Source of the DNA: Yoonia sp.
GTDB taxonomy: Bacteria > Pseudomonadota > Alphaproteobacteria > Rhodobacterales > Rhodobacteraceae
Direction of reading: 5' to 3'
DNA length: 64,000 nt
Assembly (NCBI RefSeq): GCF_965660735.1
Contig: NZ_CBFIBD010000011.1
Span: 976-64,975, forward strand
The translations under genes were made by a program, and so were the position numbers. A model generated the notes under the pieces. The model was not told where the DNA came from, did not search any database, and saw only the letters and a program-made list of their open reading frames with translations. This document shows positions 60,914 to 64,000 of this stretch, one piece after another (position 1 is the stretch's first letter; each line of letters begins with the position of its first letter).

Positions 60914-61826
60914 TCACATCTTCTACAATGCTACAAACAGCTGTTTCACCTGCCGTGCCACATTGGCTCAGCACGAAAATCCCGTATTCCTCGGCGCTTG
61001 ATATTCCGGCAAAATCACCGTCAAGATGAACGCCCCCACTCATCGAGCTTGCATCGGTGCCGCCCAGAACGCCGGCAAAGGTGCCGATGCCAGAGAGGCT
61101 CTCGTTTTCGGCATTGCCGGCAAAGGAACCGTCAGCAGCAAGCGCGCCATCGACCAGGATCACATTGCCAAGTGTTACACCAACGCCGTCTACATCACTA
61201 CGGTTATAAATTGCGCCGTTTACCCCGTTGTCGGCAAAGTCGACGTTGAAAAAGATGTCCCCGCTGACGCGACCGGGCCGTTCCGGCAACAGAACGTCAG
61301 GTGCGCCAGTGACCGGCGTTGGGGCGGGGCTGACATTCAAAAGGCCCACATATGACCCCGCATAACTGGCAAGCCCGCTTTCGGGGGCTGTATAGTCTCC
61401 GATCTGTGCATAGTTTGCACCACCAAAGTAGCGGTTGAACTGCCCCCCATCCATCACGACAACAGCTTGCGACGTGCCATCCGTGGATGCGGCCGCCAAC
61501 GCTGTGGCAAAACGATCAAGCGGATCATCCTGTTGTGTAAACGCGATATAACCGGTGAGATCATCGGTTGCATTGCGCTGATACGGTGTCGCGAGCGTAT
61601 CGCCATCGAGTGATTTCAGCGTGACAAGCAAAGTTTCACTTCCTGGAACAGCCGGGTCAAAGGTTACAGACTGAAGATTGGCAGCAATACCGGGCGCGAC
61701 ACCTTCTGCGGGTGTGACGGGCGTGACCGGCGTGCCGGTGCCGGGGTCCACGTCTGTCGGACTTTGAACATCGTCACAAGCGGACAAGAGAGCAGCAGCA
61801 GCGAATGCAACAGCATATATTTTCAT
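60906..61826 (-). CDS. surface-lipoprotein candidate (TbpB/HpuA-type C-terminal barrel-like)
   Basis: GAGGAAG SD, lipobox AAALLSAC|DD, a Pro/Thr linker, and a Gly/Phe/Asp-rich C-terminal beta region. It overlaps the Slam-like gene start by 8 nt. Confidence 0.65.
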   Translation of the reverse strand: MKIYAVAFAAAALLSACDDVQSPTDVDPGTGTPVTPVTPAEGVAPGIAANLQSVTFDPAVPGSETLLVTLKSLDGDTLATPYQRNATDDLTGYIAFTQQDDPLDRFATALAAASTDGTSQAVVVMDGGQFNRYFGGANYAQIGDYTAPESGLASYAGSYVGLLNVSPAPTPVTGAPDVLLPERPGRVSGDIFFNVDFADNGVNGAIYNRSDVDGVGVTLGNVILVDGALAADGSFAGNAENESLSGIGTFAGVLGGTDASSMSGGVHLDGDFAGISSAEEYGIFVLSQCGTAGETAVCSIVEDVNE

Positions 61827-61993
61827 GAATAACTTCCTCGGTTTCAAAACGTTGCGGGCAAACTTGCGGGTGGAGTGATGACTGTCAAGAAGCAACCAGC
61901 AGATGAACAAAATCCGTTTTGGCGCGTTGGTGGTTTTGTCACAGCCCCCCATTGCCTATAGTTCAGCGACTCATCCCCAGACCGGAGACAGCG

Positions 61994-62899
61994 ATGCCCA
62001 TCACCCCCGACCAACAGGCAGAGATCGACGCCCTGCGCGCCAGCCCCAAACCCACCCTGCGTGCCGTCGCCGACGGGATGGAAGCGCATCTTTACAACGC
62101 ATATGACGTTCTGGATCACGGGTTCATCCGCGTCATCGACTATATGGGCGACGATGCCGCGATCTGTCAGGCGGCGCGTGTCAGTTATGGCAAGGGCACG
62201 AAATCTGTCTCGAATGACGCGGGCCTGATCCGCTATCTGATGCGACACTGGCATTCGACGCCGTTCGAGATGTGCGAGATCAAGCTGCACGTCAAACTGC
62301 CCGTCTTTGTCGCCCGCCAGTGGATCAGGCACCGCACCGCGAACGTCAACGAATATTCCGCGCGTTATTCGATCCTGGACCGCGAATTCTATATCCCCGC
62401 GCCCGAGGATCTGGCCGCGCAATCGGTCATCAACAACCAGGGACGGGGTGAAACACTCTCGGGCGAAGAGGCCGCGCGCGTGCTGGAATACCTCAAGGGC
62501 GACGCGGCGCGTTGCTATGACCACTATGCCGAGATGATCTCGGACGAGGGCCAGCAGGGCCTTGCCCGCGAATTGGCCCGCATGAACCTGCCCGCCAACA
62601 TCTACACCCAATGGTATTGGAAGGTGGACCTGCACAACCTGTTCCACTTCCTGCGCCTGCGCGCCGACAGCCACGCCCAATACGAAATCCGCGTCTACGC
62701 CGAAGAGATCTGCAAGGTCGTCGCCGATTGGGTCCCCGCCGCCTACGGCGCCTTCGAAGATTACCGCATGGGCGGTGCGACACTCTCGGGCAAGGCGATT
62801 GATTGCGTGCGGCGTATGCTGAAGGGCGAAGATGTGACGCAGGAAACGAGCGGCATGAGCAAGGGGGAATGGCGGGAGTTTATGGGGGTGATTGGGTGA
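61994..62899 (+). CDS. thyX: FAD-dependent thymidylate synthase
   Basis: ThyX motif [15 protein letters not shown] (RHR...S.RY) and 301 aa. The start is at MPITPDQQ, with a GGAG SD. Confidence 0.95.
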   Translation: MPITPDQQAEIDALRASPKPTLRAVADGMEAHLYNAYDVLDHGFIRVIDYMGDDAAICQAARVSYGKGTKSVSNDAGLIRYLMRHWHSTPFEMCEIKLHVKLPVFVARQWIRHRTANVNEYSARYSILDREFYIPAPEDLAAQSVINNQGRGETLSGEEAARVLEYLKGDAARCYDHYAEMISDEGQQGLARELARMNLPANIYTQWYWKVDLHNLFHFLRLRADSHAQYEIRVYAEEICKVVADWVPAAYGAFEDYRMGGATLSGKAIDCVRRMLKGEDVTQETSGMSKGEWREFMGVIG

Positions 62900-63130
62900 G
62901 TGCCTGTGTAGATTGAAATTCAATATCCACATGGATGAGAGCGGTGAGGCCGGAGTCGCCATAGTCCGGGATGGCTTTTGAGGCGGCGCTTGTAGGTAGG
63001 CCAAGCTGATCAGTCCCGCCCGTGTTCGATTAATAAGGCCCGGTGGACCTTTTCCAGCATGTCTCAAACCCTCCCCCATGGGGAGGGGGGTATAGAGATA
63101 TCCGCAGAAAAATACTCTGGCCTACAAACG

Positions 63131-63165
63131 AAAGCCCGCATCTCACCGTGTGGGCTTTTGCTTTG
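63131..63165 (+). terminator. hairpin plus T-tract at the GC-content break
   Basis: AGCCCGCA-N8-TGTGGGCT (8 bp including one G-T pair) followed by TTTTGCTTTGG. It lies about 230 nt after thyX, just before GC drops. Confidence 0.45.
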
Positions 63166-63326
63166 GGGAACTATCCCTATCGGTCGGAGCGGTCGAGGGT
63201 GGCATGGGTACCGTTCATGATAGACAAAGATAGATCTAAGTGTTTGTTGTCTGTCATAATGGTAAAAATCTTTTTAAGACTCTCATCTATGTCGCAGGAA
63301 ACAAATTGATTACTTCTTTCCATGAG

Positions 63327-63806
63327 ATGAATGGAACTATTGGTTCACTGGTCTTTATTTGGTCAGGGTTGGAAAAATCTCTACGCATCTCAATTCAAAA
63401 GCTTCATGCGGGTGAGATACCAAAATCGTCATATGGTATTTCGAGGTCTCTTGATGCATGGCAGCAAGCTGTTGCTCCGAGAGTTAACAATCGCCCACTT
63501 CAAACAGTGCTGAGTAATCGTTTGGTAGAAATGCTGAAAGAGGCCCTCGTGATAAGGAACCTTGTCTGTCACGGACTGATTGGCATTAAAGCACAGTTTC
63601 ATGCTGAAGAACCTGAAGCGAACCTCACAGTGGAACTAGGCGATGATAAACGTGTGCTCACCTGGAGCCAACTTCAGGAATTATTTGACTGGATGTCGCG
63701 GGCGAGTTGGCTGATCGACGATTTGACTAAAGCCGCAATGGATAATGACGATGAGCGGAGCAATGCTAGGCTTCGCAGCTGGGAGAGATTTCCCAACCAG
63801 AAATGA
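63327..63806 (+). CDS. small HEPN-like protein (R-x4-H motif) in low-GC island
   Basis: 159 aa from MNGTIGSL (the track ORF begins at 63240). RNLVCH at 63555-63572 fits the HEPN R[N/D/H]xxxH active-site motif within predicted helical sequence. GC is about 33-45%. Confidence 0.5.
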   Translation: MNGTIGSLVFIWSGLEKSLRISIQKLHAGEIPKSSYGISRSLDAWQQAVAPRVNNRPLQTVLSNRLVEMLKEALVIRNLVCHGLIGIKAQFHAEEPEANLTVELGDDKRVLTWSQLQELFDWMSRASWLIDDLTKAAMDNDDERSNARLRSWERFPNQK

Positions 63807-64000
63807 GGTGGCAGAGATACCATCTGTTTTCCCATATGTTGATGTGCGGGCTTTCGATTTGGGTGAGGTCAGCTCGGTTTGTGAAAGTGCCGTTGTACTC
63901 GATGAACAACCATTCGAGCCAAATCGGGCGAAAGACGACAGACACCGTCAGTCTGTCGGATAAAGTCCGCCCCTGTGAACGTCTCGTTCATCACCAACTC

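Noticed and set aside
61844-63079. 411-aa minus-strand ORF
   Set aside because: It is antisense to thyX, which has the diagnostic RHR...S.RY motif. It has shadow-ORF composition and would overlap the lipoprotein promoter region.
63745-63963. 72-aa plus-strand ORF overlapping the 3' end of the HEPN-like gene
   Set aside because: It overlaps the better-supported ORF out of frame, has no SD or motifs, and conflicts with a minus-strand ORF entering from the window edge. It is unresolved rather than supported.

Overview
High-GC (about 60% by eye) chromosomal segment with alphaproteobacterial, Rhodobacterales-like gene content: two-subunit GlyRS, ThyX, aa3-oxidase CtaD next to DUF2244, and a fragmented his cluster. 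I call about 63 protein-coding genes, 2 tRNAs (Leu-GAG, Tyr-GTA), a few hairpin terminators and one weak operator candidate. I see no rRNA, CRISPR array, transposase or integrase. Most genes are housekeeping: gatB, pepN, glcB-glcG, an IorAB-like molybdo-hydroxylase, trkH, glyQ/glyS, a PPDK-like enzyme, folB-folP-glmM, ilvC, two lrp/asnC genes, carA, ctaD, lipB, modE-like plus modABC, rlmB, hisE/F/A/H/B and thyX. Five accessory pockets deserve a second look. (1) A translationally coupled lipoprotein plus Slam-like (TPR + C-terminal beta-barrel) outer-membrane pair at 59.6-61.8 kb, with a convergent pseudo-receiver gene beside it. (2) A three-gene insertion splitting hisH from hisA, carrying an orphan 379-aa protein with a degenerate Nudix-like core. 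(3) An abrupt low-GC island at the right edge encoding a small protein with an R-x4-H (HEPN-type) motif. (4) A low-GC in-frame insertion inside glyS. (5) A photolyase-related protein whose FAD-binding domain appears to precede the alpha/beta domain. All family assignments come from reading the translations and from recalled family signatures. No database search was run, and start codons were chosen by eye.
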